In this document: one piece after another, positions 36,352 to 46,108 of the stretch
Layout: the number at the start of each line of letters is the position of its first letter
Position numbering within the stretch: position 1 is the first letter of the stretch
From: Planctomycetota bacterium
GTDB taxonomy: Bacteria > Planctomycetota > UBA8108 > SXIK01
Reading direction: 5' to 3'
DNA: 64,000 nt
NCBI GenBank assembly: GCA_965223265.1
Contig: OZ244999.1
Location: 3,744,001 to 3,808,000 of the forward strand
Position numbers and translations under genes: made by a program
Notes under the pieces: model-generated
What the model was told of the DNA's origin: nothing
The model's database searches: none
Seen by the model: only the letters and a program-made list of their open reading frames with translations

Positions 36352-37185
36352 GTGAACCGCACCGCACTCCTTTCCAGCTTGGCCCTTTGCGTCGCCGCCA
36401 TCGCCGTCCTGCATACCGTCTATGTCACTCATTTAGCACAGTCGCTGCAGGTTCCGGGCGAACTCATGTCGCTCGAGTCGGAACTTGAGCAGACACGTGA
36501 CGTGCTCACGACACTGGAGAGCAAGCTCGATCAGCTCGGCTCTCAATTCCTGAACGTTGGCGGCACCACAGCGGTCAGCGCCGTGGCAGCAGAGCTCCCT
36601 CCGGCGGCGGTACCGGTCGCTACGTCGACAATCAGCCCAAAGCTGGATGAAATCGCTGGACACATCGAGACGCTCGTGGCACGCGTCGACGAGCTCAGCG
36701 CCCAAGCGGCGGCGATTCCGATGCCACTGCCATCTCCCAGCGGTCGAGCCAGCGAGACACCGGAGGCTCGCGCCCAGATCGTCGCTGACGGTCAGACCGT
36801 AGCGGAGGATCGGTCGCTCACGCCGCAGGAACGGCTGGGGGCCCTGCGGGCGCTACGATTTCGCGACGGTCGGTCTCACGAAGTGACGCTGGCGATGATC
36901 GAGTTGATTGAAGACCCTAGTCTCACGCCACCACTGCGCGCTGACATCGTTCGCCAACTCGACGAGGTGACGTTCGAAGAGTTGAAGGCTCCTCTCCTTC
37001 ACATCATTGCATCGGACCCTGACGTCGAAACGCGGTCCGAGGCCGTCGAGACGCTGCAGCCTTTCTACGACGACCCAGCCGTCTACGATGCGGTCGTCCA
37101 CGTGCGCGATCATGACACAAGCCATGAAGTCCGTCGTGAAGCCATGCGCAGACTGCAGCAGTTCGATGAGTGGTCCACGCGCTGA
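36352..37185 (+). CDS. Membrane-anchored coiled-coil + HEAT repeat protein
   Basis: AAGGGGG SD, N-terminal TM, coiled coil, HEAT-like DPDVETRSEAVETL and DTSHEVRREAMRRL. Confidence 0.75.
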   Translation: MNRTALLSSLALCVAAIAVLHTVYVTHLAQSLQVPGELMSLESELEQTRDVLTTLESKLDQLGSQFLNVGGTTAVSAVAAELPPAAVPVATSTISPKLDEIAGHIETLVARVDELSAQAAAIPMPLPSPSGRASETPEARAQIVADGQTVAEDRSLTPQERLGALRALRFRDGRSHEVTLAMIELIEDPSLTPPLRADIVRQLDEVTFEELKAPLLHIIASDPDVETRSEAVETLQPFYDDPAVYDAVVHVRDHDTSHEVRREAMRRLQQFDEWSTR

Positions 37186-37272
37186 GGTCAGGGGCGCTGA
37201 AGTTAGGCAACGAGGGAGGCACCGGATACCACGAGCTGGGCCGCTTGTTTCCGCACTTCGCCCGGCGGTGCG

Positions 37273-38370
37273 TCACTGCTGGCGGTACTCCTTGAGAACT
37301 CGCGCCACCAGCGCTCGATGAAACGTCTTCAGATCGGCGTCGTAAAACTCCCGCACGAGCCGTTCGATCGTCCGCCTTGGTTTCAGACGGACTTGTCGAA
37401 TCACGTCGTTCTCATCTTCGGGACGAGCGCCGGACATGCGCATCAGCGCCCGCAGCAGCTTCTCGCGCGAAGCGCGTTCACCGCCGATTTCACCCTCGGC
37501 GAAAAAGTCAACGACGGCATAGCAGAGCCCGTACCATCGCGCAACTGAGTTGTCGCCGCGGCCGAAACCGCGACGCGCGTCCAAGAACTTCAGGAAGTCG
37601 GGGTAGGCCTGGATCCAGCTCAGTGCGTTGCGGCAGTTCGCCTCAAGCTTCTGGCGCTCGGTCGTCCGAAAGTAGCGGTAGTACTCCGTACTCAAACGGC
37701 TGGTGAAATGGGTGGCAAGCCCTTCCTCCAAGACTGGCGGCAACGTTCGGCCGAAGTAGATCGAATTGAGGTAGTGCACACACTCATGATAAAAGGCCGC
37801 CTGCATGAGAAGCTCGCGATCCTTGAGCACGCGGGCGTACGGCGGCAGGTACCACTCGACGCGTCCCATCAGCTTTCTTTTGAAGGGATCCTCGTCGGCG
37901 ATCATGTAGTGCCCTCCCGAGGTGACGCTGCCGCCAGCTTTGCGATAACGCGTTTGGCTGTCGTAGGCGATGAATTCGAGCGAGTGCTCAGTGAAGAGTT
38001 CCTCTATACCGTCGTAGTCTTGGCGTAACGCCAAGAGGGTGGACTCGACGCGTTCGAGGAGCACTTGATCGGGCATCTTCAGATTTCGCCGAAAGTGCGC
38101 CCGGTCGATCAACCGCAGCCTCACCTCCTCGCCGACGCCGAATTCCCGCAGGAGCTCAGTGGCGCGCACCGCCGACCGATCGCCAGGGTAATCGCGGACG
38201 ATGCGCTCGAGGAGAGAGATTCCCTTCTCGTAGCGCTTCGTGTTGAGAATCTTGGCCGCGCGACGCAGATCTCGCCGCGCCGTTTCGGATGATTTCTCGG
38301 GTGCAGCGGCAACAAATAGCAGCGCGACCGCACCTGCAAGTATCACCAATCGCGTGCGGCACCGAGTCAT
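37273..38370 (-). CDS. Secreted gluzincin-like (HExxH) peptidase domain protein
   Basis: Signal peptide, TPR-like N-terminus, YHECVHY...LEEGLATHF. Confidence 0.7.
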   Translation of the reverse strand: MTRCRTRLVILAGAVALLFVAAAPEKSSETARRDLRRAAKILNTKRYEKGISLLERIVRDYPGDRSAVRATELLREFGVGEEVRLRLIDRAHFRRNLKMPDQVLLERVESTLLALRQDYDGIEELFTEHSLEFIAYDSQTRYRKAGGSVTSGGHYMIADEDPFKRKLMGRVEWYLPPYARVLKDRELLMQAAFYHECVHYLNSIYFGRTLPPVLEEGLATHFTSRLSTEYYRYFRTTERQKLEANCRNALSWIQAYPDFLKFLDARRGFGRGDNSVARWYGLCYAVVDFFAEGEIGGERASREKLLRALMRMSGARPEDENDVIRQVRLKPRRTIERLVREFYDADLKTFHRALVARVLKEYRQQ

Positions 38371-38471
38371 TTCGTACCCCTTTCAGGCATCGAGAAGTGG
38401 TGAACGAGGAACGTAGTGGCACCCTGAAGCGGAACTACCCGAGCTGTCATGTGCCACCGTCTGTGACTACC

Positions 38472-38891
38472 TCAGAGAGAATTCGCGTCTGTGGAGAGTC
38501 GCTCATGTTTTCGGAGCGCCATACCGGTCAGGGGTTGCATGCCGAACCGTCGGTAAAATGCCTCAAGTTCTGGGTCGCAAACCAGGTCAGCCATGTACAG
38601 ATGTTCCAGCCGCTGAATCATCCGCCGCATAAGGTGTGACCCGATGCCCCGGCCTCTGAATTCTGGAACGACTTCGATGTAGGAAATGTAAGCTGCGAAC
38701 ACACCGTCTGTCACCGCCGGAACAAAGCGAACAACGCTCTCATTGGTGTCATCGACGGCGAGCACGACGAACGGACTACCATGAAGCAGTCGGAGTAATT
38801 TCTGAGGACTCGGCGGAGCCGTCCAACCCTGAAAGAAGCCCTTGAGCTGCGACTCCTCCAGATGTTCAGGTGAATCGGTATAGTTGATCAT
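38472..38891 (-). CDS. GNAT family N-acetyltransferase
   Basis: IEVVPEFRGRGIG, FYRRFG. Confidence 0.9.
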   Translation of the reverse strand: MINYTDSPEHLEESQLKGFFQGWTAPPSPQKLLRLLHGSPFVVLAVDDTNESVVRFVPAVTDGVFAAYISYIEVVPEFRGRGIGSHLMRRMIQRLEHLYMADLVCDPELEAFYRRFGMQPLTGMALRKHERLSTDANSL

Positions 38892-38933
38892 CGGTCGCCT
38901 GTGGCGTCGACGTGTCTTTCGGGATGGGCACTC

Positions 38934-39416
38934 TCAAGCCTCTTTCCGAGCATCCGCATTCAACAAGGCGCTGAGGTCGTCGGCAAACATCCGCAGGCAA
39001 GACTGATCGGTGACGAAGTAGTACTGCGCCTGCAACCGCCCGGCACACAAGTCGATCGAGATGACCTGATGGCGGGTCGCGATCACGTCATTTCGAGGCC
39101 CGAAGAAGAGGTCGAACGCTTGACGATGATCGTACGCCAATTTGTGTTGGCCACGCAAAGGTGTAGCCGTCATGGCTTCCAGCGGTAGCTCCACCCACTC
39201 TTTCAAGCGCTGCCGAAGAATGTTCAATGCGCTTTTTTTGAGAAAAAATCCTTCGACGGTGAGCGAGAGTCGTTGGTCATGCCCGCCCTCCCAAAACTCC
39301 CCCTCGATTCGAATCGACGCTTCTTGTACGGAAGTTCCTCTCACGCGTGAGGGGCTCCCAGAACGAATCTCAAATCCGTGCCCGCCGCTATTCGAATGGA
39401 GGACTGCGCGTGTCAT
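38934..39416 (-). CDS. Hypothetical protein
   Basis: ATG 39416 with GAAGG SD just after the upstream stop; ends FVTDQSCLRMF. Confidence 0.6.
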   Translation of the reverse strand: MTRAVLHSNSGGHGFEIRSGSPSRVRGTSVQEASIRIEGEFWEGGHDQRLSLTVEGFFLKKSALNILRQRLKEWVELPLEAMTATPLRGQHKLAYDHRQAFDLFFGPRNDVIATRHQVISIDLCAGRLQAQYYFVTDQSCLRMFADDLSALLNADARKEA

Positions 39417-39435
39417 CTTCCGTGCCTTCCACGAA

Positions 39436-41742
39436 CTATTTCGCGAGGAAGCCGTAGTGCCGCCCCATGTAGTAAGGCAGTAAATAGAACGACCCCTCAT
39501 ACTCGCTGCGGCCGCTTCCTTGCCCGTGGTCGAGGGCGAAGTGGTCGCTGTTGATGCGAATGTGTGATCGCTCGTCGACGGGGATGGCGTCGCCTGAGCG
39601 CGACCAGCCGTATCCAGGCCGTTGTCCGGGAGTGGGATCGAGCGCGATGTCGAGACGATGGCTGTTTTTCATCTCCCAGCCGATGAGCAGCCACGGCGTG
39701 TCGCGAAGCGTACGAACAGCGTTGGCAAGCAATCTTTCGCGGTCAGGCTCGCCCTGGCGAAAAATCAGGCTCGGAGCGGGGGACCGCAGCGCGGCGTAGA
39801 CGAAGTTGAAGAACGGATCGTTCTGCCGACTGACAAAAAGCCAATTGCGGTCAAGGCTCGACTCGTAGATCCGTCGCAGCTTGGGGTCTGACTCGTACTT
39901 CACCAAGCCGTAGTAGCTCAAGAACGCAAGGTTGTTGTCCCAGGCGACGACGTGCCGCGGCGGAAAGACCGCACGACCCGTGATGGCGACGATATGGTAA
40001 GCGTGCTCGTCGCGGAGGTAGGCCGCGGCGGCTGCGTATTTGTCATCACCGGTGATGTGGAGAGCGACGTTGAGAAACGAGAGGATCTCGACAGCTTGCA
40101 GCCCACGGTCTGCCCAGCCGCGCGCGGAATTGACGTACTCAGGCGACCAGTTCGCCCAGCGCGTCGGCAGACCATCATGATCGATGAGGCGATAGCCGCC
40201 CTCGATGATGTGATCGGTCATCGCGCGGACGAGTGCGCGCACCTCAGCCCGCTCCTCATCAGTTTCAGCGACGTGGTCATAATAGGCGGCGAAAAAGAAA
40301 TAGTGACCGCAGATCTCGTCGGAGCTGGTGTCACACTTCCACCAGTACTTTCCATCGGCGCTCTTTGGCCAGCGCGGCAGAATCTCCTTCCAGTACGGGT
40401 CTCGCTCCTTGTGGCGACGGTTGTACTCGACGTCGAATCGAATGTTCGGATCTTCGCGGCCATCGACCGGAAGAATCGAACGGGCGGGAAAACCGCTCAT
40501 CGGTGTGATGTCAACAAGCGACTTGAGCGCCCGAAAACAGCGTTTCGCGCGCTCTTTCGCCACCGATTCGCGCGTCGCGGCGTAGCGAAAAGTCTGCGAC
40601 GCACCGTACGTCGCCGTGTAGAGACCATCGTTGTCTGTATCGCGGATGTACGTTTTTTCGAGGTTGCCAGGCTCCTCGAGGACGCAGCGGACCACGAAAT
40701 CGAGTCTCCGATGCCTTTGATCGACGATCGCTTCGAAGTGCTGCGCCTTCCGCGCCAGAGTCATCTCGCGCCGCTCGATTCGGCTGACGCCCTTGGGCGT
40801 CGCAATCCATGCCGTTCCGTTTGGCGCGACGGCGATGTCACTCACTCGATCATCGGCAAGCCAACGATCGCGCGCTCGGTAGCGCCAGCGTTTGCCATCG
40901 TAGCGAAAGGCGCCTCGAGTCGTGCCGAACCACACAGTACCATTCGGGCCGGTCGCGGCACACGTGAACTGGTTGTAAGGGAGTCCCTCGTCGCCGGTGT
41001 AGAGATTCCACGCGCCGTTTCGTAGTTTCCCTGCGCCTTCCCTTGCGCCGAACCATAGACCATCGTCAGTGGCGACGACAGCCGCAACGTCGCGCGGCAC
41101 CCAGCTTCGGCGCGTGTCGGCGGGCAGCAGATGCTCGTACGTCCATCCCTCGGAGTCCGAACCCGTCGCAGCGAAGAGCCCCGAGGTGGTACCGACGTAG
41201 AGCCGACGAGATGTGGCGGCGACCGCGAGAACGGCTGAGGGCAGCTCAAGGGGCTTGACCATCGCTCGCCCGGCGCTCACGAAGTGGACACTTTGACCGA
41301 CCCCGACGGCGACGCCCACCCCAGTGGGCGTCAGCGACACTGCGACACTCTCAGCTCCTTCATCGCGAAACTCGCCCACGTCGACCCAGCCAGTGGCGTC
41401 TCGCCGCGCCAGGCGACGGCGGCCGAGCGCCCAAAGGCGGTCACGACTGAAGGTGAGCCGCACGACAGCAAACGTCGGGGAGTCGATCGCTGCCCACGAG
41501 GCGCCGTCGAAGCGAGCCAAGCCAGCGCGAGTGGCAGCTGTCGGGCGCCCACGTTCGTCCAGCGCCACGGCTGCGACGTCGGCGTCCGGAAGACCGTCTC
41601 GGACGGCAAAGCGGGTGACGACATCCTGATCAAATGTCTCACCTGCTCGGGCACCACCCAACGGCGCTGCGCCCTGAATCAGTAGCACGAACACGATCGT
41701 GACGTGTCGCGCCGACATGGTGATGACTGTCTGGGTCTTCAT
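39436..41742 (-). CDS. Two-component-regulator-type propeller fused to a helical (alpha/alpha barrel-like) catalytic-looking domain
   Basis: Signal peptide; Reg_prop repeats (DGLP, EGLPYN, WFGTTRG, WIATPKG); second half TDNDGLYT..GFPARS..WKCDTSSDE..GLPTRW..YLLPYYMGR. Confidence 0.75.
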   Translation of the reverse strand: MKTQTVITMSARHVTIVFVLLIQGAAPLGGARAGETFDQDVVTRFAVRDGLPDADVAAVALDERGRPTAATRAGLARFDGASWAAIDSPTFAVVRLTFSRDRLWALGRRRLARRDATGWVDVGEFRDEGAESVAVSLTPTGVGVAVGVGQSVHFVSAGRAMVKPLELPSAVLAVAATSRRLYVGTTSGLFAATGSDSEGWTYEHLLPADTRRSWVPRDVAAVVATDDGLWFGAREGAGKLRNGAWNLYTGDEGLPYNQFTCAATGPNGTVWFGTTRGAFRYDGKRWRYRARDRWLADDRVSDIAVAPNGTAWIATPKGVSRIERREMTLARKAQHFEAIVDQRHRRLDFVVRCVLEEPGNLEKTYIRDTDNDGLYTATYGASQTFRYAATRESVAKERAKRCFRALKSLVDITPMSGFPARSILPVDGREDPNIRFDVEYNRRHKERDPYWKEILPRWPKSADGKYWWKCDTSSDEICGHYFFFAAYYDHVAETDEERAEVRALVRAMTDHIIEGGYRLIDHDGLPTRWANWSPEYVNSARGWADRGLQAVEILSFLNVALHITGDDKYAAAAAYLRDEHAYHIVAITGRAVFPPRHVVAWDNNLAFLSYYGLVKYESDPKLRRIYESSLDRNWLFVSRQNDPFFNFVYAALRSPAPSLIFRQGEPDRERLLANAVRTLRDTPWLLIGWEMKNSHRLDIALDPTPGQRPGYGWSRSGDAIPVDERSHIRINSDHFALDHGQGSGRSEYEGSFYLLPYYMGRHYGFLAK

Positions 41743-41914
41743 CTTGATTGCTTCGCATCCTAAACACCTTCCGCCTCGTCCCCCAACGCCTTTTCGGCCC
41801 CGCTTCTGTCGGCGCGCGACCCGATCGAGGTGGGCATTGACTTTTCGCCCCCCTTCTGAGATTCTCTTCTTCGTGGCAAATGTGTGAAAGGCGGCAGATC
41901 AGGGAGGTCCAACG

Positions 41915-44500
41915 ATGGGCGACCTACGGCGCGAAGTGTCCAGACATAGCGTGTCCAGACATAGCGCAGCTTCAACGGCAGCGATGCCAGTAACCACGGG
42001 AGGCGGAGAGGCTCGATCCGCGCTGCTCATGCAGCCGGCCAAGGCGTGGAGCGTTTTCGTTTTCGGGGCACTATTTCCTGCCATCGCAGTGGGAGCGGAA
42101 TCGGTATTCCGCGTGCTCAGGGAGTTCTTTGTCGACGTCATGCCCACCTGGACGCACCTGATCTGCGGCTCCGTCGCACTCGCGCTGTGTGCCTGCGCTC
42201 CGTGGCTTCGCGTTGGCATGCTCAAGCGGCCGGTGGTGGGTTTCGTCATACGCTGCGCTGCGGGCTTCTCGGTGGGGATGTCTGCGTTTTACTTTTTCTT
42301 TCTGCTCCCCATCCTCCCTATCGCGCTCTTCGGAACACTCTTCTTCGGGGTCGGCTTGCTAGGTTTCGCTCCACTCGCCCTCTTCTGTTTCTCCCTGGCA
42401 ACAAGCAACGCCATTGGGACGGTCGAAACGCCGCACCGTCGACTGCACTGGGCGGTGGGCGTCACCGCCGCGATCCTCGCCGTGTTCTTTCTTGAGGGGT
42501 CCTTCCTACGCTCTTGGAGCGTCCTCAATTCCGCGCAGGTGACGACTCCGAGTGTCCGCTTAGCTGAGCTTCGGCGCTCGGTCGGTCGGGAAGAACTCGC
42601 ATCGGCCTGCCGCGGACAACGCTATTCCCGCAGCCTTCTGGCGTCGTTTCGCGAAAACAACATGACTTCCATCGGAGGATTCGGGCGCCGGATCACATCG
42701 CCCCGACCGCTCTACTACCGAGTCACAGGCGAGCCGCTCGAAAACGTCGACCTCACCAACCACGCACCGTTCGCGTCCTGGAGCACCAATTCCCGCAGGC
42801 CAGACCCGGAGCTGGACATCCATCAGGCGACGAGCCGCGTGGGCCACCCGGTCTCTGGACTTTCGCTATCGGAGAGCTCGCTTGAGGGAACGATCGACAA
42901 CGATGCCGCCGTCGCGACGCTGGCGTGGACTTTGGTCTTTCGCAACGACCACGCACGTCTGCCCCGCGAAGCTCGAGCACGGGTGAAACTCCCGACCGGA
43001 GGAGTCGTGAGCGGCGTGACGGCGTGGATGCACGGCAAACCTCGTGAGGCGGCTTTCGGCTCGATGGCTCGCGTCGAGAGCGCTTACAAATCGGTCGTGC
43101 CAGAACGACAGTGGCGCTTGGAAGACCGAGACCCTCTTCTCGTCCTGCACGACGGTCCGGATCGCGTGCGGCTCCAATGCTATCCCGTTCCCGCAGGTGG
43201 CAGGACCATGCGCATCCGGATCGAGGTGACGGCGCCGTGCCACATCGACGCGTCGGGTACCGCGACGCTCGCACCGCCGCGATTCCTGGAAACGAACTTT
43301 CGCTCCCGTGGCTCCTTTCGCCACCAACTCGCCTTCAATGCATCGGGGCCCATTGAGCGCGTACGGCTCGCGGCCAACCAGGCAAAACTCCGCTCAGAAG
43401 TGGTGGGGGGCATACACCGCCTACGCGGTGAGTTGACGCGACGCGAGCTGAGTTCGGGAGGTGTGCTCGTGCGCGTCGATCGGACAGACGCACCAGAAGT
43501 TGTTTGGTGTCGTAATCCTCTGGCGAACAAACAGGAGTCGGCGTCAACCTTTGTCGTCCAAGAGCTACGAAGAGTTCGCAGCGAGCCGCCACGCCGCGTC
43601 GCTGTCGTCGTCGACACCTCAGGAGCAATGCGCCCCTACTTGCATTCGGTCGCAGACGCATTTCGGGACGTCTCCCCTGACATCCGCTGGCAGCTCGTGA
43701 TCGCCGGCGACAATGTCGACGTCTTTGAGCCAAAGAGCGAGGCGGAACGCAGTGCCCCCGGCGCGTTTCTCGAGTCTGTGATCGCCGCACAAGAGGCGGT
43801 GGGCGGACGGGACAACGCCGCGGCCGTCAGACGCGCGCGTCAGTTCGCGAAGACTCCGGCCGACATCACGCTGTGGATTCATAGTGGGCAGCCCGAAACC
43901 CTCGGACCGGATGCCAATCTCCTCAGTGGCGAGCCAGAAGCGGGCCGCGGCGTTCGAATGGACCACGAATCGTCCGAAGGGCGGGTCGTCGAGCTTCAGG
44001 TTTGCGGCGGTCGCAGCATCGTCCTCGAGCAGTTCGACTCGATTCTCTCGATCGAAAGCCTTGCCAGCACCGGATCGCCGCAGCGGGACCTCGAATCCTT
44101 CATGGCACACTGGTCTGCCGGTGCCGAAGTGGTGGAGGTGATGCGTCGACGCACAGAGACTCGACCTGATGGGATGGCGACCACACCGACACTGGCGCTA
44201 CTTGAGGCGAAAAATCGCGTCGAGAGGATGGCTCGGTCCCAGCAGACTCACCGTGATGCGGCGCGCCTCGCCGTAGAGAGCCGACTGGTCACGAGGGTCT
44301 CCGGCGCTGTGGTCTTGGAAACCGATGAAGAGTACGACGCACACGGACTCAAGCGACCGCCGGAGGCCGTTGAATTGAGCCGCGGTCCAGCCCTGCCGGA
44401 GCCGGAAGTTGTTGCGCTCCTTGTCGTCACGGCACTCATTGCCGCTGGACTCCTCGCGCGCGAACTTCGCAGCCGCTACCGGGTCGCGGCCTCAGGATGA
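41915..44500 (+). CDS. Membrane VIT/vWA-domain protein with PEP-CTERM-like sorting signal
   Basis: GGGAGG SD; N-terminal TMs; VIT core (EARARVKLP..REAAF..RDPLLV..LQCYPVP); VVVDTSGAM; LVTRVSGAVVLET; C-terminal LPEPE + TM + basic residues. Confidence 0.82.
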   Translation: MGDLRREVSRHSVSRHSAASTAAMPVTTGGGEARSALLMQPAKAWSVFVFGALFPAIAVGAESVFRVLREFFVDVMPTWTHLICGSVALALCACAPWLRVGMLKRPVVGFVIRCAAGFSVGMSAFYFFFLLPILPIALFGTLFFGVGLLGFAPLALFCFSLATSNAIGTVETPHRRLHWAVGVTAAILAVFFLEGSFLRSWSVLNSAQVTTPSVRLAELRRSVGREELASACRGQRYSRSLLASFRENNMTSIGGFGRRITSPRPLYYRVTGEPLENVDLTNHAPFASWSTNSRRPDPELDIHQATSRVGHPVSGLSLSESSLEGTIDNDAAVATLAWTLVFRNDHARLPREARARVKLPTGGVVSGVTAWMHGKPREAAFGSMARVESAYKSVVPERQWRLEDRDPLLVLHDGPDRVRLQCYPVPAGGRTMRIRIEVTAPCHIDASGTATLAPPRFLETNFRSRGSFRHQLAFNASGPIERVRLAANQAKLRSEVVGGIHRLRGELTRRELSSGGVLVRVDRTDAPEVVWCRNPLANKQESASTFVVQELRRVRSEPPRRVAVVVDTSGAMRPYLHSVADAFRDVSPDIRWQLVIAGDNVDVFEPKSEAERSAPGAFLESVIAAQEAVGGRDNAAAVRRARQFAKTPADITLWIHSGQPETLGPDANLLSGEPEAGRGVRMDHESSEGRVVELQVCGGRSIVLEQFDSILSIESLASTGSPQRDLESFMAHWSAGAEVVEVMRRRTETRPDGMATTPTLALLEAKNRVERMARSQQTHRDAARLAVESRLVTRVSGAVVLETDEEYDAHGLKRPPEAVELSRGPALPEPEVVALLVVTALIAAGLLARELRSRYRVAASG

Positions 44501-45936
44501 AGCCGGTGCTGCTGCTGGCGCTCGGTATTCTCGCCGTCGCGTCAGCACTACCTACCTACTCGAAGCACGTTCTCGCACGCCTCGACGAGGCGACGTGCGT
44601 CGTCGCTCTCGTGACGATCGGCACACTCGCTCTTCTCCGCGTCGCGCAGCATCGTCTCAACCACACCACATGCCAACGAGCGTCCACGTCAACGCGCGGA
44701 GCTTCGCTTGGCGTTGCGGCGGCTCTCGCGTTGGCGTACGGGCTTCTGGCGCCTGTGGTGCCGCCGATTCTCCGCCTGGCGCTCGCGATCCTTGTCCCTA
44801 TGGCGGTGCTCAGTGTCGTTCTTTGGGGGCGCACCCTACAGCTCGGCCTCTTCGGACTTGCCCTCATTTCGTTACCGCAAGTGGACGGTCTTCGAACGCT
44901 CCTGGGGTACCCTCTTCGCGTTGCGGTTGGACGGGCAAGCCTTCCCATTCTTCGACTCTACGGCTACCCGGTCGAGCTCGAAGGAACCGGACTGGTGACG
45001 GGGAACCAGACGATTTGGGTTGACGCACCGTGTAGCGGCATACAGATGCTGTCGATCGGTGGCCTGCTCGCGTCAGGGTTGGTGTTGGCCTACAACCTCG
45101 CCCCGTGGCGGGCTCTCGCCGTAGCGTCGGCTTCGTGCGCGCTACTTTTCGCAGCCAACGTGATGCGCACCGTGTCGCTCTTTCATCTTGAGGTCCAAGG
45201 ACTAGCCGGCGAACGGATCCACGCAGCGATCGGACTTTCTTCCTTTGCGCTAGCAGCCATCATGATCGTCGTGATCGTCTCCTGGGCCAAATCGCATAGT
45301 TCGACTTCCTTTTCCGTCCTCGCTCCCGTACGTCATGTCAAATCCTTCGTCTTCGCGGCGGTCGTCTCGGGTGGTCTCGGTTTTGTGTTACACCCTTCAG
45401 ACGCCCTCGAATCAGGCCTCAACGTGAACATGGAATTCCCCGGCTGGCCGACGCAGCTTCGAGGCGAAGCACTGACGCAAATACCTCTGAGCGATGGTGA
45501 GCGCGCATTCGCAGAGGATTTCCCCGGACACATGGCACGGTTTAAAGCGGGCGACGCCCAGGTGATTCTCCGCTGGGTGACTCGAGTTACGCGGCAAGTG
45601 CACTCAAGCGACGTCTGCTACCGGGCCGCCGGCTTTTCAATCTACGACCGGATGATCGAACGCGAAGGGGGCACCGAAGAAAGCATCGACGGAGTGACTC
45701 ACGGAGTGACTCACGGAGTGACCGAACGATGGTCGACCTTCAGGGCCGAGAAGAATGGCGAACACCACTTGGTCCGCGAGAGAATTCGCGACGAGCAAGG
45801 GCGCCAGTGGACGGACCTCTCATCGTGGCTGTGGCAAGCGGGAGTCGGAAAGCTCGATGGTCCGTGGTGGTCGGAGGTCTGGATCGAGCCAGGGACCGGA
45901 GGCAGCGCGGCGGTAGAGTTCAGCGCGACGCCGTAA
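44497..45936 (+). CDS. Exosortase (XrtO/XrtQ-like) fused to a C-terminal soluble partner domain
   Basis: Multi-TM with Cys/Arg/His triad (VDAPCSG, ANVMR, IHAAIG); then FPGWP..FPG..RF..LRWV..H..DVCYRAAG..WTDLSSW..GPWW; ATGA overlap. Confidence 0.82.
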   Translation: MKPVLLLALGILAVASALPTYSKHVLARLDEATCVVALVTIGTLALLRVAQHRLNHTTCQRASTSTRGASLGVAAALALAYGLLAPVVPPILRLALAILVPMAVLSVVLWGRTLQLGLFGLALISLPQVDGLRTLLGYPLRVAVGRASLPILRLYGYPVELEGTGLVTGNQTIWVDAPCSGIQMLSIGGLLASGLVLAYNLAPWRALAVASASCALLFAANVMRTVSLFHLEVQGLAGERIHAAIGLSSFALAAIMIVVIVSWAKSHSSTSFSVLAPVRHVKSFVFAAVVSGGLGFVLHPSDALESGLNVNMEFPGWPTQLRGEALTQIPLSDGERAFAEDFPGHMARFKAGDAQVILRWVTRVTRQVHSSDVCYRAAGFSIYDRMIEREGGTEESIDGVTHGVTHGVTERWSTFRAEKNGEHHLVRERIRDEQGRQWTDLSSWLWQAGVGKLDGPWWSEVWIEPGTGGSAAVEFSATP

Positions 45937-46108
45937 CCTATGACGAACATAGCCTAGCGCTAAGCCGGCGCCACCGTTTCGTCAGCCAATCAGATTGGTC
46001 TCTGGGAGAATCGTTGCGATCCTCCGGCGGCCTGGCGTCGCGGCTCGCGACACGTGAACGCGAGAGTCGCGACGGCCATCGCCTATCTGTGAAGCGGCGC
46101 CATTCGCC

